Positions 12,473 to 21,664 of a DNA stretch of 64,000 nt are shown here, in pieces. Origin of the DNA: Polyangiales bacterium (GTDB lineage Bacteria; Myxococcota_A; Polyangia; Polyangiales; Ga0077539); contig JAXLYI010000013.1 in NCBI GenBank assembly GCA_046351555.1, positions 22,845-86,844 of the forward strand, written 5' to 3'. The notes beneath the pieces were generated by a model. It was not told where the DNA came from and ran no database searches. It saw nothing but the letters and a program-made list of their open reading frames with translations. The first letter of the stretch is position 1, and each line of letters starts with the position of its first letter. The position numbers and the translations under genes are program-made.

Positions 12473-13738
12473 GTGGCTGAGAAGAACGCCCCCGAGGGAC
12501 GCCTCGGCCGCCTCGCCCGCCTCGCCGGCCTCGGCGTGCGCGCGGGGGCCAGCGCGGTGCTCTCGGGCGACGCCCACGAGGCCGCCGCGCGCCACGCCGC
12601 CGAGGTGCTCGGCAACCTCCGGGGCCTCGCCGCCAAGGTCGGCCAGATGGCCAGCTACGTCGACGGCGTCGTGCCGCCCGAGCACCACGGGGCCTACGAG
12701 GGCGCGCTCAAGGCGCTGCGCGCGGCGGCCCCCACCTCGTCGCCCGACGACGTCCGCCGCGTGCTGGCGGAGGAGCTCGGCGACGCGCCCGAGCGGCTCT
12801 TCGCGGAGTGGGACGCGGCGCCGATCGCGAGCGCGTCGATCGGCCAGGTGCACCGCGCCCGCCTCGACGACGGCCGCGAGGTGGCGGTGAAGGTGCAGCA
12901 CCCGGGCATCGACCGCGCGGTGGAGGCCGACCTCGACAACGCGTCGTCCCTCGAGCTGATGCTCGGCGCGATCGCCCCGCGGGGCCTGGAGACCAAGCGC
13001 GCGTACGAGGAGATCCGCGAGCGCTTCCTCGAGGAGCTCGACTACCGGCTGGAGGCCGACCGCACCGAGGCCTTCGCGCGCGTCCACGCCGGCGACGCGG
13101 AGGTGCGGATCCCCGCGGTGGTGCGCGAGCGCAGCGCGCGGCGGGTGATCACCACGGAGTTCGTGCGGGGCGTGTCGCTCGACGAGGCGGCGGCGCGGCC
13201 CGAGGCCGAGCGGGCGCGGTGGGCGGCGACGCTGTGGCGCTTCGTGTTCCGCGGCACGCTGGGGGGGCGGATGTTCAACGCCGACCCGCACCCGGGCAAC
13301 TACCTCTTCCAGGAGGGGGGCGGCGTGGCCTTCCTCGATTTCGGCTGCGTGCAGGAGATCCCCGAGGGCAACCACGCCCGCGCGCTCGCCGTCCACCGCG
13401 CCGCGCTCGACCGCGACGAGGCGCGCTTCCGCGACGCCGCCCGCGCGCTGCTCGAGTCGCGCCCGGGGCCCCACGAGACGCGCTCGGTGGCGTACGTGCG
13501 CGAGTGCTTCGCGCCGATCTTCGAGTCGCCGTACCGGGTCACGCGCCCCTACGTCGCGAACCTCGTCACCGAGATGCGCGACATCGGCCGCGCGGCCTTC
13601 AAGCGCGAGAGCAACGCCACCGGCCTCCCCGCGGGCATGGTCTTCATGAACCGCCTGCAGTTCGGCTTCTACTCGGTGCTCGCGCGCCTCGACGCGCCGG
13701 TCGACTACAACGCCGTCGAGCGCACATTCATCGACTGA
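12473..13738 (+). CDS. ABC1/UbiB (AarF) atypical kinase family protein
   Basis: 421-aa ORF with PIASASIGQVHRARLDDGREVAVKVQHPGI and NADPHPGNYLF, followed by FLDFG. These are hallmarks of the ABC1 family. Confidence 0.85.
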   Translation: MAEKNAPEGRLGRLARLAGLGVRAGASAVLSGDAHEAAARHAAEVLGNLRGLAAKVGQMASYVDGVVPPEHHGAYEGALKALRAAAPTSSPDDVRRVLAEELGDAPERLFAEWDAAPIASASIGQVHRARLDDGREVAVKVQHPGIDRAVEADLDNASSLELMLGAIAPRGLETKRAYEEIRERFLEELDYRLEADRTEAFARVHAGDAEVRIPAVVRERSARRVITTEFVRGVSLDEAAARPEAERARWAATLWRFVFRGTLGGRMFNADPHPGNYLFQEGGGVAFLDFGCVQEIPEGNHARALAVHRAALDRDEARFRDAARALLESRPGPHETRSVAYVRECFAPIFESPYRVTRPYVANLVTEMRDIGRAAFKRESNATGLPAGMVFMNRLQFGFYSVLARLDAPVDYNAVERTFID

Positions 13739-15125
13739 CCGCCGGCGCGACGACGTCTTCGAAGCGCACCGCGCCGTTGACCGTCAGCCGCACCCGCGCC
13801 GACGCGAGCCCGCGCGGCCAGCGGAGCTCCGCCGCGTACTCCCCGCGCCGCTCGGCCTCGCGCACGGGCCCGACGTACACGCCGCCGTCCACCTCGGCGC
13901 GCACGTCGGCGTAGGGGAGTGGCAGCCCCTCGGCGTCGCGGAGCGTCACCCCGAGCACGCCCGACCCCGCGGGGCTCACGTACACGCGGGTCTCGTGCAG
14001 GAGCGGCCCCGCGTCGCCGACGGGGATCGTGAAGTGGTGGACGGCCCCGCCCTCCGCGCCCGCCGCGCAGCGGAGCGCGTGGGCGCGGCCCGGCGCGAGC
14101 GGGAGCGCGCCGCTCACGCGGGAGAGCGCCATCCCGTCGACCGCGCAGTGGAAGCCCGGCGGCATCTCGACACGCGCGCGCTGACCGGGGACACCCGGGG
14201 CAGGCGCGCGGCCTGGCACCACCGCGGGGGCCGCCACCGTGAACGGCGCCGTCTCCGACGGTGCGCCGGGCACGCCGTCGCGGTTGAGCGCGCTCACCCG
14301 CACGAAGTAGCGCCCGGGGGCGACGCCGCGAATCACGACGCGCCGCGACCGCGCGGGCTCGGTGAGCGTGGCGACCCGGTCGCGGAAGACCTCGTCGCGC
14401 GCGATCTCCACCCGCCAGCGCCGCACGCCGCCCGCGGGGAGCGCGAACGTCCCGGCGACGTCGACCGGCGCGCCAGCGGTGACCACGCGGACGGGCGGGG
14501 GCCTACGCCACACCGGGCGGCCGGGCAGCGGGCGCGTCGACGGCGGCTCCCCCGTCGCGAACAGCGCCCCGCGGCGGGCGGTGACGAAGGCGGTTCCGTG
14601 CGGGGTGACCACGCGGACGCGCCCGCGCGACACGGCGACGCGGGTGTTGCGGCCGCCCGGGTCGGTGACGAGCTCGCCGTCGGCGCGCCCGAGCGCGAGC
14701 GACGCGGGCCCGGTCGAGAGCAGCGTCACGCGCGGCCCCCGCGGCGGCGCCTCCCCGACGCGGAAGCGCACGGCGCCGTGGCGGACGAGCGTGATGTAGA
14801 TGGGCGGGTGCCCCGCGCGCGCCGTGATGGGCGCGAGCACGACGGCGTCGGCGCGGCCCTCGAAGGTGAGCACCGTGCCGTTGCGGAGCGCCACCTCGGC
14901 GACGCCGCCGCGCCCGACGTGGACGCGCGTGCCGGCGGCGAGCGTGGCGTCGGCCGCGGCCGGCGGGGAGATCGCGACCTCCCCGCCGGAGAACGCGAGG
15001 CGCGCGGTGGGGGCGGGCGCGGTGGGCGGGTGGCGGCGCACGACCGCAGGGCGGCCAGGCGGCGCGGCCTGCGCCCACGCGGCGGACGTGAGCGAGAGGG
15101 CGCAGAGGAGGGCGAGGACGCGCAT
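13728..15125 (-). CDS. Secreted FecR-like / Ig-like domain protein
   Basis: Run-on ORF 13728-16463 trimmed to the ATG at 15125. Signal peptide: MRVLALLCALSLTSAAWAQA. FecR-like segment: GTRVHVGRGGVAEVALRNGTVLTFEGRADAVV. The upstream part of the run-on is antisense to the purA-like gene. Confidence 0.7.
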   Translation of the reverse strand: MRVLALLCALSLTSAAWAQAAPPGRPAVVRRHPPTAPAPTARLAFSGGEVAISPPAAADATLAAGTRVHVGRGGVAEVALRNGTVLTFEGRADAVVLAPITARAGHPPIYITLVRHGAVRFRVGEAPPRGPRVTLLSTGPASLALGRADGELVTDPGGRNTRVAVSRGRVRVVTPHGTAFVTARRGALFATGEPPSTRPLPGRPVWRRPPPVRVVTAGAPVDVAGTFALPAGGVRRWRVEIARDEVFRDRVATLTEPARSRRVVIRGVAPGRYFVRVSALNRDGVPGAPSETAPFTVAAPAVVPGRAPAPGVPGQRARVEMPPGFHCAVDGMALSRVSGALPLAPGRAHALRCAAGAEGGAVHHFTIPVGDAGPLLHETRVYVSPAGSGVLGVTLRDAEGLPLPYADVRAEVDGGVYVGPVREAERRGEYAAELRWPRGLASARVRLTVNGAVRFEDVVAPAVSR

Positions 15126-15281
15126 GGGTGGGCGGCGGGGTGCGGCGGCAACGCCGTCCCGCTGGAGAGGCAGAACGGCGCGCCCGGGCCGGTCCAGGAG
15201 GGCGCCGCGGGATTCAGCGTCCGAGGGCTGAACGTCCGCGGCGGTTGACCCGGCGGGTGCCGGCCCCCTACGACCGACGCC

Positions 15282-16631
15282 ATGGCAGCGACGCGCGAAG
15301 CCTACGTGGTGGTCGACCTGGGGTTCGGCGACGCCGGCAAGGGGACGCTCACCGACTTCCTCGTGCGGCGGCGCGGGGCGCACGCGGTGGTCCGCTTCAA
15401 CGGGGGCGCGCAGGCGGGGCACAACGTCGTCGCGCCCGACGGGCGGCACCACACCTTCGCCCAGTTCGGCGCCGGCACCTTCTGCGAGGGCGTCCGCACG
15501 GTGCTCGCGGCGCCGGTGGTGGTCCACCCGACGGCGCTGCTGGCCGAGGCCCGCTGGCTCGAGCGCGCCGGCGTGCGCGACCCGCTCGACCGCGTGTCGG
15601 TGAGCGCGTCGTGCCGCGTGGTGACGCCCTTCCACCAGGCCGCGTCGCGCCTGCGCGAGCTCGCCCGCGGCGACGCGCGCCACGGGAGCTGCGGCGTCGG
15701 CGTCGGCGAGGTGATGGCCGACGAGGCCGCCGGACACGGTGCCGTGCGCGCGGGCGAGCTCCTCGACGCGACGGCGCTGCGGCGCGCGCTCGCCGGGGTG
15801 CAGGCGCGCAAGCGGGCCGAGCTCGACGACATCGTGCGCGCGCTCCGCGGCGACGCGGGAGCAGCCGCAGAGGTGGAGGCGCTCGAGTCGGGCGAGGTCC
15901 CCGACCGCTGGATCGAAGCGCTCGCGCCGTGGCGCGCCCGTGGGCTCGGCGCGGGCGACGGGGGGCTCTCCGCGGCGCTCGCGGCCGACGGCTGCGTGGT
16001 GTTCGAAGGGGCGCAGGGCGCGCTGCTCGACGAGTGGCGGGGGTTTCACCCGCACACCACGTGGAGCACCTGCACCTTCGAAAACGCGCTCGACCTGCTG
16101 CGCGGCTACGACGGCGACGTCCGCCGGCTCGGGGTCGTCCGCTCGTACGCGACGCGCCACGGCGCCGGCCCCTTCCCCACCGAGGACGCCGCGCTGGCGG
16201 GGGCGCTCGACGAGCCCCACAACCCCGCGGGCGCGTGGCAGGGAGCCTTCCGCGTCGGGTGGTTCGACGTCGCGCTCCTCCGGTACGCGATGGAGGTCTG
16301 CGGCGGGGTCGACGGCCTCGCCGTGACGCACCTCGACCGCCTCGGCCGCGTCCCTCGATGGGGCGCGTGCGTCGCGTACGAAGGCATGGCGCCGTGGATC
16401 ACCGACGGCGCGCTCACGCCGGGCCCCCCGCGCGACCTCGCGTGGCAGGAGGCCCTGGGGCACGCGCTGCGAACCGCGGCACCGGTGTACGAAGCGCTGC
16501 CGGAGGGCGTGACGGCGGAGGGGTTCGTTCGGTGGCTGGAGGCGCGGGCGGGGGCGGCGGTGTGGGTGGCGTCGGAGGGGCCGCGCGCCGGGGACAAGCG
16601 GGTGCTCGGGGGCCCGGCGGCGCTGCGCTGA
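15282..16631 (+). CDS. Adenylosuccinate-synthetase-family paralog (divergent PurA-like)
   Basis: 449-aa ORF. It aligns by eye to the PurA motifs. The P-loop is GDAGKGT (canonical GDEGKGK). Other motifs: NGGAQAGHN, FEGAQGALLD, RSYATRHGAGPFPTE, VTHLDRL. The IMP and aspartate motifs are changed (see findings). Confidence 0.75.
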   Translation: MAATREAYVVVDLGFGDAGKGTLTDFLVRRRGAHAVVRFNGGAQAGHNVVAPDGRHHTFAQFGAGTFCEGVRTVLAAPVVVHPTALLAEARWLERAGVRDPLDRVSVSASCRVVTPFHQAASRLRELARGDARHGSCGVGVGEVMADEAAGHGAVRAGELLDATALRRALAGVQARKRAELDDIVRALRGDAGAAAEVEALESGEVPDRWIEALAPWRARGLGAGDGGLSAALAADGCVVFEGAQGALLDEWRGFHPHTTWSTCTFENALDLLRGYDGDVRRLGVVRSYATRHGAGPFPTEDAALAGALDEPHNPAGAWQGAFRVGWFDVALLRYAMEVCGGVDGLAVTHLDRLGRVPRWGACVAYEGMAPWITDGALTPGPPRDLAWQEALGHALRTAAPVYEALPEGVTAEGFVRWLEARAGAAVWVASEGPRAGDKRVLGGPAALR

Positions 16632-16637
16632 GGCGGG

Positions 16638-19466
16638 TCAGGCGGGCGGGGGGACGGTGCTCGTGCGGCGCGAGGCGGCCTGGGCGACGCCGAGCATCAT
16701 GGTGGCCTTGCGCGCGCCGGGGCCGGTGTCGGCGGGTGCGGCCGGCGCGGCGGGCGCGCGCGCGGCGGTGGGCGGCGGCGCGTGCATGAGCATGGTTCCC
16801 TTTTTCGAAGGGAGCGCGTGGGGCGCCGCGGGCGGGAGCGACCACGCGTCGGGGGTGACGTTGACGGGCTTCGAAGCCGGCGGCGGCGCGGCGGCGTGGG
16901 CGCCCGCCATCAGCATCGTCTGCTTGCGCGCGTCGGAGGACGTCTCCGGGCGCGTGGCGGGCGGCGGCGCGGCCTTCGCGGCGGGCGCGGCCTGCGTCGG
17001 GGGCCTCGCCACGAGCGGGCGGTGGGCGGCGATCGTCTGGGCGCTGGCGAGGGGCGCGACCTGCGGCGCGGGCTGGGGCGTCGGGAGCGACTGCGAGCGG
17101 CGGGCCTCGCGCTCCTCCTGGGCGCGGTCGAAGACGGCGAGCACCTTCTGGAGCGGCGCGGCGAGGTCGCGGGCGCTCTGGAAGCGGCGCGCCGGGTCGA
17201 CGTCGAGCACGCGGCGGAGCACGTCGTCGACGAGCGCGGGCACCTGCGGCGCGGCGGCGCGCACCGAGGGGGCGTCGCCGCTGCGGAGGGGCGACGTGAA
17301 GGGGAGCTCGCCGGTGAGCATCTCGTAGAGCGAGACGCCCACGGCGTAGAGGTCGGCGCGGTGGTCGACGTTGTGCCCCGCGAACTGCTCGGGCGGCATG
17401 TACGCGGGCGTCCCGGCGATGACGGAGGCCTTCGCGGCGCCGTCGACGGACTTCGCGAGGCCGAAGTCCATGAGCTTCACCAGGCCCGCGGCGGTGCGCA
17501 TCATGTTGGCGGGCTTCACGTCGCGGTGGATGATCTGCCGGCCGTGGGCGTACTCGAGCGCCTGGAGCACCTGGAGGGTGACGCGCAGGGCCTCGACGAC
17601 GGGGAGGCGCTTGCGCTCGGCGACGAGGTGGTCGACGGTGTCGCCCTCGACGAGCTCCATCGCGAGGAAGGTGCGGCCCTCGAGCGTGCCCACATCGTAG
17701 ATGGTGACGATGTTCGGGTGGTTGAGCTGCGCCACGCTCCGCGCCTCGCGCAGAAACATCTCGCGGAACTCCCGCCGCCCGAGCGCCTCGTCAGCGACGA
17801 ACTTCAGCGCCACGTCGCGCCCGAGCACCGTGTCCGTCGCCCGGTACACCACCGCCATCCCGCCGCGCCCGAGCTCGCCGTGGAGCTGGTAGCGCGTGGC
17901 CGCCCCCGCCGCCCCGGCCACGCTGGCGACGCCCGGCGCGCCCGAGGTCGCCCGCTGCCACGCGCGGATCTCCGCGGCGCGCGCGGCGGCGTCGCGGTAG
18001 CCCGGCGAGGCCTCCTCCACCGACTGGAAGTGCCCGAGCGCCGCGCCCCAGTCGCCCTGGGCCAGGCACGCGAGGCCCATCTTGTAGAAGACCTCGATGT
18101 TCTTGAGCGTGCAGGGGCCGTCGCCGGCGTAGCGGCGGAGCGCGTCGAGCGACGGGCCCTGGCGCGCCGCCTCCACCTCGGCGTCGTGCAGGAGCGAGCG
18201 GCGCTCCATGTCGCCCGCGCGCACCACCACCACGCTCGGCCCGCGCGCGTCGCCGGCCGCGGGCGGCAGGCTGCTGCGCCGCAGGTGGGCCGACGCGGCG
18301 CGGGCGGCCTCGAGGGCGAGCGCCTGCACCTCCTCGGGGCGGAGCTCCCCGCCGCCGACCTGGATGTTCTGCACCACCACGGTGGCGGGCGCGGCCTCGG
18401 GGCGCGCGGCGGGCGCGGGGGCGTCCTTCTCGGGCGTGTCGCGGCGGGCGCCGAGGGCGCGGACGCGCGCGTCGACGTCGCGGTAGCCGCCGACCGTGCG
18501 CTGGAGCGAGAGCATCACCTCGAGGGCGCGGACGCGGTCGCCGAGGCGCTCGAGCATCTCGCCGTAGCGGTAGAAGACCTCCGCGGTGTCGGCGGTCGGG
18601 GCGCGCGCGCCGGCGGCGTCCTCGAGCATCCGGAGCGCGGCGCGGGGCTCGAGGCGGGCGACGCGGTCGACGTAGGCCTCGACGCGGCCCTCCTTGCGCG
18701 CCATCTCCACCCACGCGGCGGCGGCGCGCTCCTTCATGCCCGCGAGCTCGTAGAGCTCGGCGGCGCGGTCGTGGTGGCCGCGCGCCGCGACGAGGGGCGC
18801 CGCGTCGCCCGGCGCGCCGAGCACGTTGGCGTAGAGGTGGATCGCCTCGTCGGTGAGCCCGGCGTCCCGGTAGATCTCCGCGGCGGCGCGGATGTCGCCC
18901 GCGGCGAGCGCCTCCTCGCCGGCGCGCTGCGCGGCCTGCTGGGCCTCGAGTCGGCCGGCGTCGTCGGCGGGGGCCTTCGCCTGGAGCGCGCGGTACTGCG
19001 CCCCGGCGCTCTTCGCCGGCGCGCGCGCGGGCTCGCGGGAGGGGTCGCGCGGCGGGGGCAAGCCGTCGCGCTCGGCCGCGGCGTTGAGCAGCTCCTGGGC
19101 CTTGGGGAGCTGGCCGACGCGCTCGTAGCAGGCGGCGGCCTTGCGCAGCTCGCCGCCGCGCTCGAAGAGCTCCGCGGCGAGCTTGTGGTGGCCGAGCCGC
19201 TGCGCCACCTGGGCGGCGCGCGCGGGCTCGTTGGCGCGGAGGAAGTACTCCTGCGCCTCTTCGAAGCGCTCGTGGCGCAGGCAGAGCATCGCGGCGTCGC
19301 GGTGGCGCCCGGCCGCGAGCAGCGCGTCGAGGCCCGGCGCGGCCTCCTCCTCCGACCTGTTGGCGGCGTTGCGCAGCGCGCGGGCCACGACGAGGACGCC
19401 GAGCACGATGCCGGCCACGATGAGCGCGAGCGCGGGGCGCTCGCCCAGCCTCTCCAGAAAGTTCAT
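16638..19466 (-). CDS. Membrane-anchored TPR-repeat Ser/Thr protein kinase
   Basis: 942-aa ORF. N-terminal TM helix: LALIVAGIVLGVLVVA. TPR-like repeats follow. Kinase motifs: GRGGMAVVYRATD, VALKFV, HRDVKPANM, DFGLAK, PAYMPPEQ. The tail is Pro/Ala-rich. Confidence 0.9.
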   Translation of the reverse strand: MNFLERLGERPALALIVAGIVLGVLVVARALRNAANRSEEEAAPGLDALLAAGRHRDAAMLCLRHERFEEAQEYFLRANEPARAAQVAQRLGHHKLAAELFERGGELRKAAACYERVGQLPKAQELLNAAAERDGLPPPRDPSREPARAPAKSAGAQYRALQAKAPADDAGRLEAQQAAQRAGEEALAAGDIRAAAEIYRDAGLTDEAIHLYANVLGAPGDAAPLVAARGHHDRAAELYELAGMKERAAAAWVEMARKEGRVEAYVDRVARLEPRAALRMLEDAAGARAPTADTAEVFYRYGEMLERLGDRVRALEVMLSLQRTVGGYRDVDARVRALGARRDTPEKDAPAPAARPEAAPATVVVQNIQVGGGELRPEEVQALALEAARAASAHLRRSSLPPAAGDARGPSVVVVRAGDMERRSLLHDAEVEAARQGPSLDALRRYAGDGPCTLKNIEVFYKMGLACLAQGDWGAALGHFQSVEEASPGYRDAAARAAEIRAWQRATSGAPGVASVAGAAGAATRYQLHGELGRGGMAVVYRATDTVLGRDVALKFVADEALGRREFREMFLREARSVAQLNHPNIVTIYDVGTLEGRTFLAMELVEGDTVDHLVAERKRLPVVEALRVTLQVLQALEYAHGRQIIHRDVKPANMMRTAAGLVKLMDFGLAKSVDGAAKASVIAGTPAYMPPEQFAGHNVDHRADLYAVGVSLYEMLTGELPFTSPLRSGDAPSVRAAAPQVPALVDDVLRRVLDVDPARRFQSARDLAAPLQKVLAVFDRAQEEREARRSQSLPTPQPAPQVAPLASAQTIAAHRPLVARPPTQAAPAAKAAPPPATRPETSSDARKQTMLMAGAHAAAPPPASKPVNVTPDAWSLPPAAPHALPSKKGTMLMHAPPPTAARAPAAPAAPADTGPGARKATMMLGVAQAASRRTSTVPPPA

Positions 19467-19484
19467 GGGTCTTCCCTCTCCCGG

Positions 19485-21557
19485 TCAGTCGGCCACGGCG
19501 AGGAGGGCCTCGCTCGCGGAGATCATCTTCCTCGCCATCAGCAGCGACGCGTACGACGCGAAGGGGACGAAGGTCCCCGCGGCGCGCGCGGCCCGCTCCA
19601 CCTCGCCGAGGGCCTCGCCGGCCATCAGCGCGTCGCGCGTCGCGTCGTTGAGCTGGAGCGACTCGACCACCAGCACGCGCCCCGCGTGCCCGGTGCCGCC
19701 GCAGGCGTCGCAGCCCACCGCGCGGGGCATCGCCGCGCTCGCGCCGCGCTCCATCAGCTTGCGGGCCACCAGGCTCTCGACGATGGCCTGCGGCGGCGCC
19801 TCGACGCGGACGCACTGCGCGCAGAGCCGGCGCAGGAGGCGCTGGACGAGCACCACGGCCACCGACTGGGCGATGAGCGTGCGGTTGCAGTCGAAGTTCT
19901 CGAGGCGCTGGAGGGCGGCGACGGCGTTGTTGGCGTGGAGCGAGGTGAGCAGCAGGTGGCCCGTCATCGCGGCCTCGAGGGCCATGTGGGCGGTGGCGGC
20001 GTCGCGCGTCTCGCCGACGGCGATCACGTCGGGGTCCTGCCGCAGCGCCGCGCGGAGCACCTGGGGGAAGCCGAGCCCGGCGCTCGCGTTCACCTGCACC
20101 TGCGTCACGCCCTGGAGGCGGTACTCGATCGGGTCCTCCGCCATGATCACCGAGGAGTCGGGCCGCGCCTTGCGCCGCTCGTGGATCATCGCGTAGAGCG
20201 TGGAGCTCTTGCCCGACCCGGTGCCGCCGCAGATGAGCACGCCGCCGTGGGGCCGCTGGATCGCCTTGCGCGCCACCGCCAGCACGTTGGGGTCGACGAA
20301 CACCTGGTCGAGCGGGCGCATCATCCCGCCGCCCTCGAGCACGCGGAGCACCACCTTCTCGCCGCGCCCCGTGGGCATCGTCGAGACGCGCAGGTCGAGC
20401 TCGCGGCCCCCGGCGCTCATCCCGACGCGGCCGTCCTGCGGGAGGCGCCGGTCGGTGATGTCGAGCCCCGCGAGGATCTTCACGCGCGCGACGATCCCCT
20501 TGCCGTAGGACGCCGGCACGAGCTCGGGCCAGTCCTGGAGCACGCCGTTGACCCGGAAGCGCACGCGAACCCCAGCGGCCTCAGGCTCGACGTGGATGTC
20601 GGACGCGCCGCGGGTGAGCCCGGCGGCGATGATCTTGTTGACCGCGCGGACCACCTCGTCGCCGATGACACGGGCGGCCTTCTCGGGCTCGCGCTCGCCG
20701 TCGGTCACGTCGAAGGCGAGCGACTCGGGGGCGATCGCACCGCCCTCGCCGCGGGCGCCGTCGCGCGCCGGGAGCTCGATGCGGAAGCGGACGAGCGCCT
20801 GGACGAAATCGTCGGCCCCGATCGCCACCACCTCGACGCGCACCTTCTGGAGCACGCGCTTGAGCTCGTCGAGGGCCTCGGCGTTGCGGGGGTTCACCAT
20901 CCCCACCGTGAGCACGTCGCCCGCGAGCCGGAGCGGGATCAGCCGGTGGGTCACGATCAGCCGCGGCGACACCGTGCCGATGACCTTGGGCGTCGGGTCG
21001 AACTCGCTCACCTCGACGAAGGGGGTCACCCCGGCGGCCGCGGCGGGCTCGGCGCGCGGCGGGGCCCCGAGCGCGTTGGTGCTCGACGGCGCGCGGAGGG
21101 CCGCCATCCCGAGCTGGATGGTGCGCGACGCGAGCCGCCGCGCGAGCGCGAGGGAGAACGCGGGCACCTTGCTCGCGAGCGTGTCGACGAGCTCGGCGCG
21201 GACGCGGAGCACCGCGCAGGGGCCCTCGGCCACGAGCGCGTGGGGCTGCGCGGCGCGGAGGAGCGCGGAGACCTCGCCGGCGTGGTCGCCGGGCTGGAGC
21301 GTCTCGACGGTGCTGGTGGCGCCCGTGACCGCGTGCGTGGAGAGCAGGCTCGCCTTGCCCTCGCGGAGGATCACCACGCCCTCGGAGGGGACGCCCGCTC
21401 GTAGGATCGTGCCGCCCGCGGAGAAGGCCAGCGCCTCCACGTGCGGCGCGACCCGCGCGATCACCGACGCGTCGCACCCCTTGAAGAGCGTCGCGCTCCG
21501 AAGGAACGCCTCCACCGCGAGGTCGTCGCGCGTCTGGATCCGGGCGGGTGCTTCCAT
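19485..21557 (-). CDS. GspE/PilB-family secretion ATPase with an N-terminal cNMP-binding-like domain
   Basis: 690-aa ORF. The N-terminus is CAP-effector-like: LFKGCDASVIARVAP...GDHAGEVSALL. A T2SSE_N-like segment follows: LIPLRLAGDVLTVGMVNP. Walker A: GGTGSGKSSTL. Other ATPase motifs: IMAEDPIEY, VGETRD, TGHLLLTSLHAN. Tetracysteine motif: CAQC...CDACGGTG. Confidence 0.9.
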   Translation of the reverse strand: MEAPARIQTRDDLAVEAFLRSATLFKGCDASVIARVAPHVEALAFSAGGTILRAGVPSEGVVILREGKASLLSTHAVTGATSTVETLQPGDHAGEVSALLRAAQPHALVAEGPCAVLRVRAELVDTLASKVPAFSLALARRLASRTIQLGMAALRAPSSTNALGAPPRAEPAAAAGVTPFVEVSEFDPTPKVIGTVSPRLIVTHRLIPLRLAGDVLTVGMVNPRNAEALDELKRVLQKVRVEVVAIGADDFVQALVRFRIELPARDGARGEGGAIAPESLAFDVTDGEREPEKAARVIGDEVVRAVNKIIAAGLTRGASDIHVEPEAAGVRVRFRVNGVLQDWPELVPASYGKGIVARVKILAGLDITDRRLPQDGRVGMSAGGRELDLRVSTMPTGRGEKVVLRVLEGGGMMRPLDQVFVDPNVLAVARKAIQRPHGGVLICGGTGSGKSSTLYAMIHERRKARPDSSVIMAEDPIEYRLQGVTQVQVNASAGLGFPQVLRAALRQDPDVIAVGETRDAATAHMALEAAMTGHLLLTSLHANNAVAALQRLENFDCNRTLIAQSVAVVLVQRLLRRLCAQCVRVEAPPQAIVESLVARKLMERGASAAMPRAVGCDACGGTGHAGRVLVVESLQLNDATRDALMAGEALGEVERAARAAGTFVPFASYASLLMARKMISASEALLAVAD

Positions 21558-21664
21558 GATGGCTCTCGCCCATCACAACGACCTGCCCAGGCTCGACCTT
21601 GAGACGAACCGGCCGCCAAGGTCTGATAGGCTCGCGACGTCCGCCCCTCGGACCGACCGCCCCG

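Noticed and set aside
13728-16463. Run-on ORFs taken at face value: 13728-16463 (911 aa), 29149-32892 (1247 aa), 48003-52487 (1494 aa), 10027-11376, 41552-42889 and 4241-6238.
   Set aside because: Their upstream portions are antisense to well-supported genes (purA-like, the NtrC-type regulator, the spermidine-synthase-like gene, mlaF-like, the dienelactone hydrolase and the hybrid kinase). Internal starts followed by signal peptides or recognised N-termini give sensible proteins, so I trimmed them.
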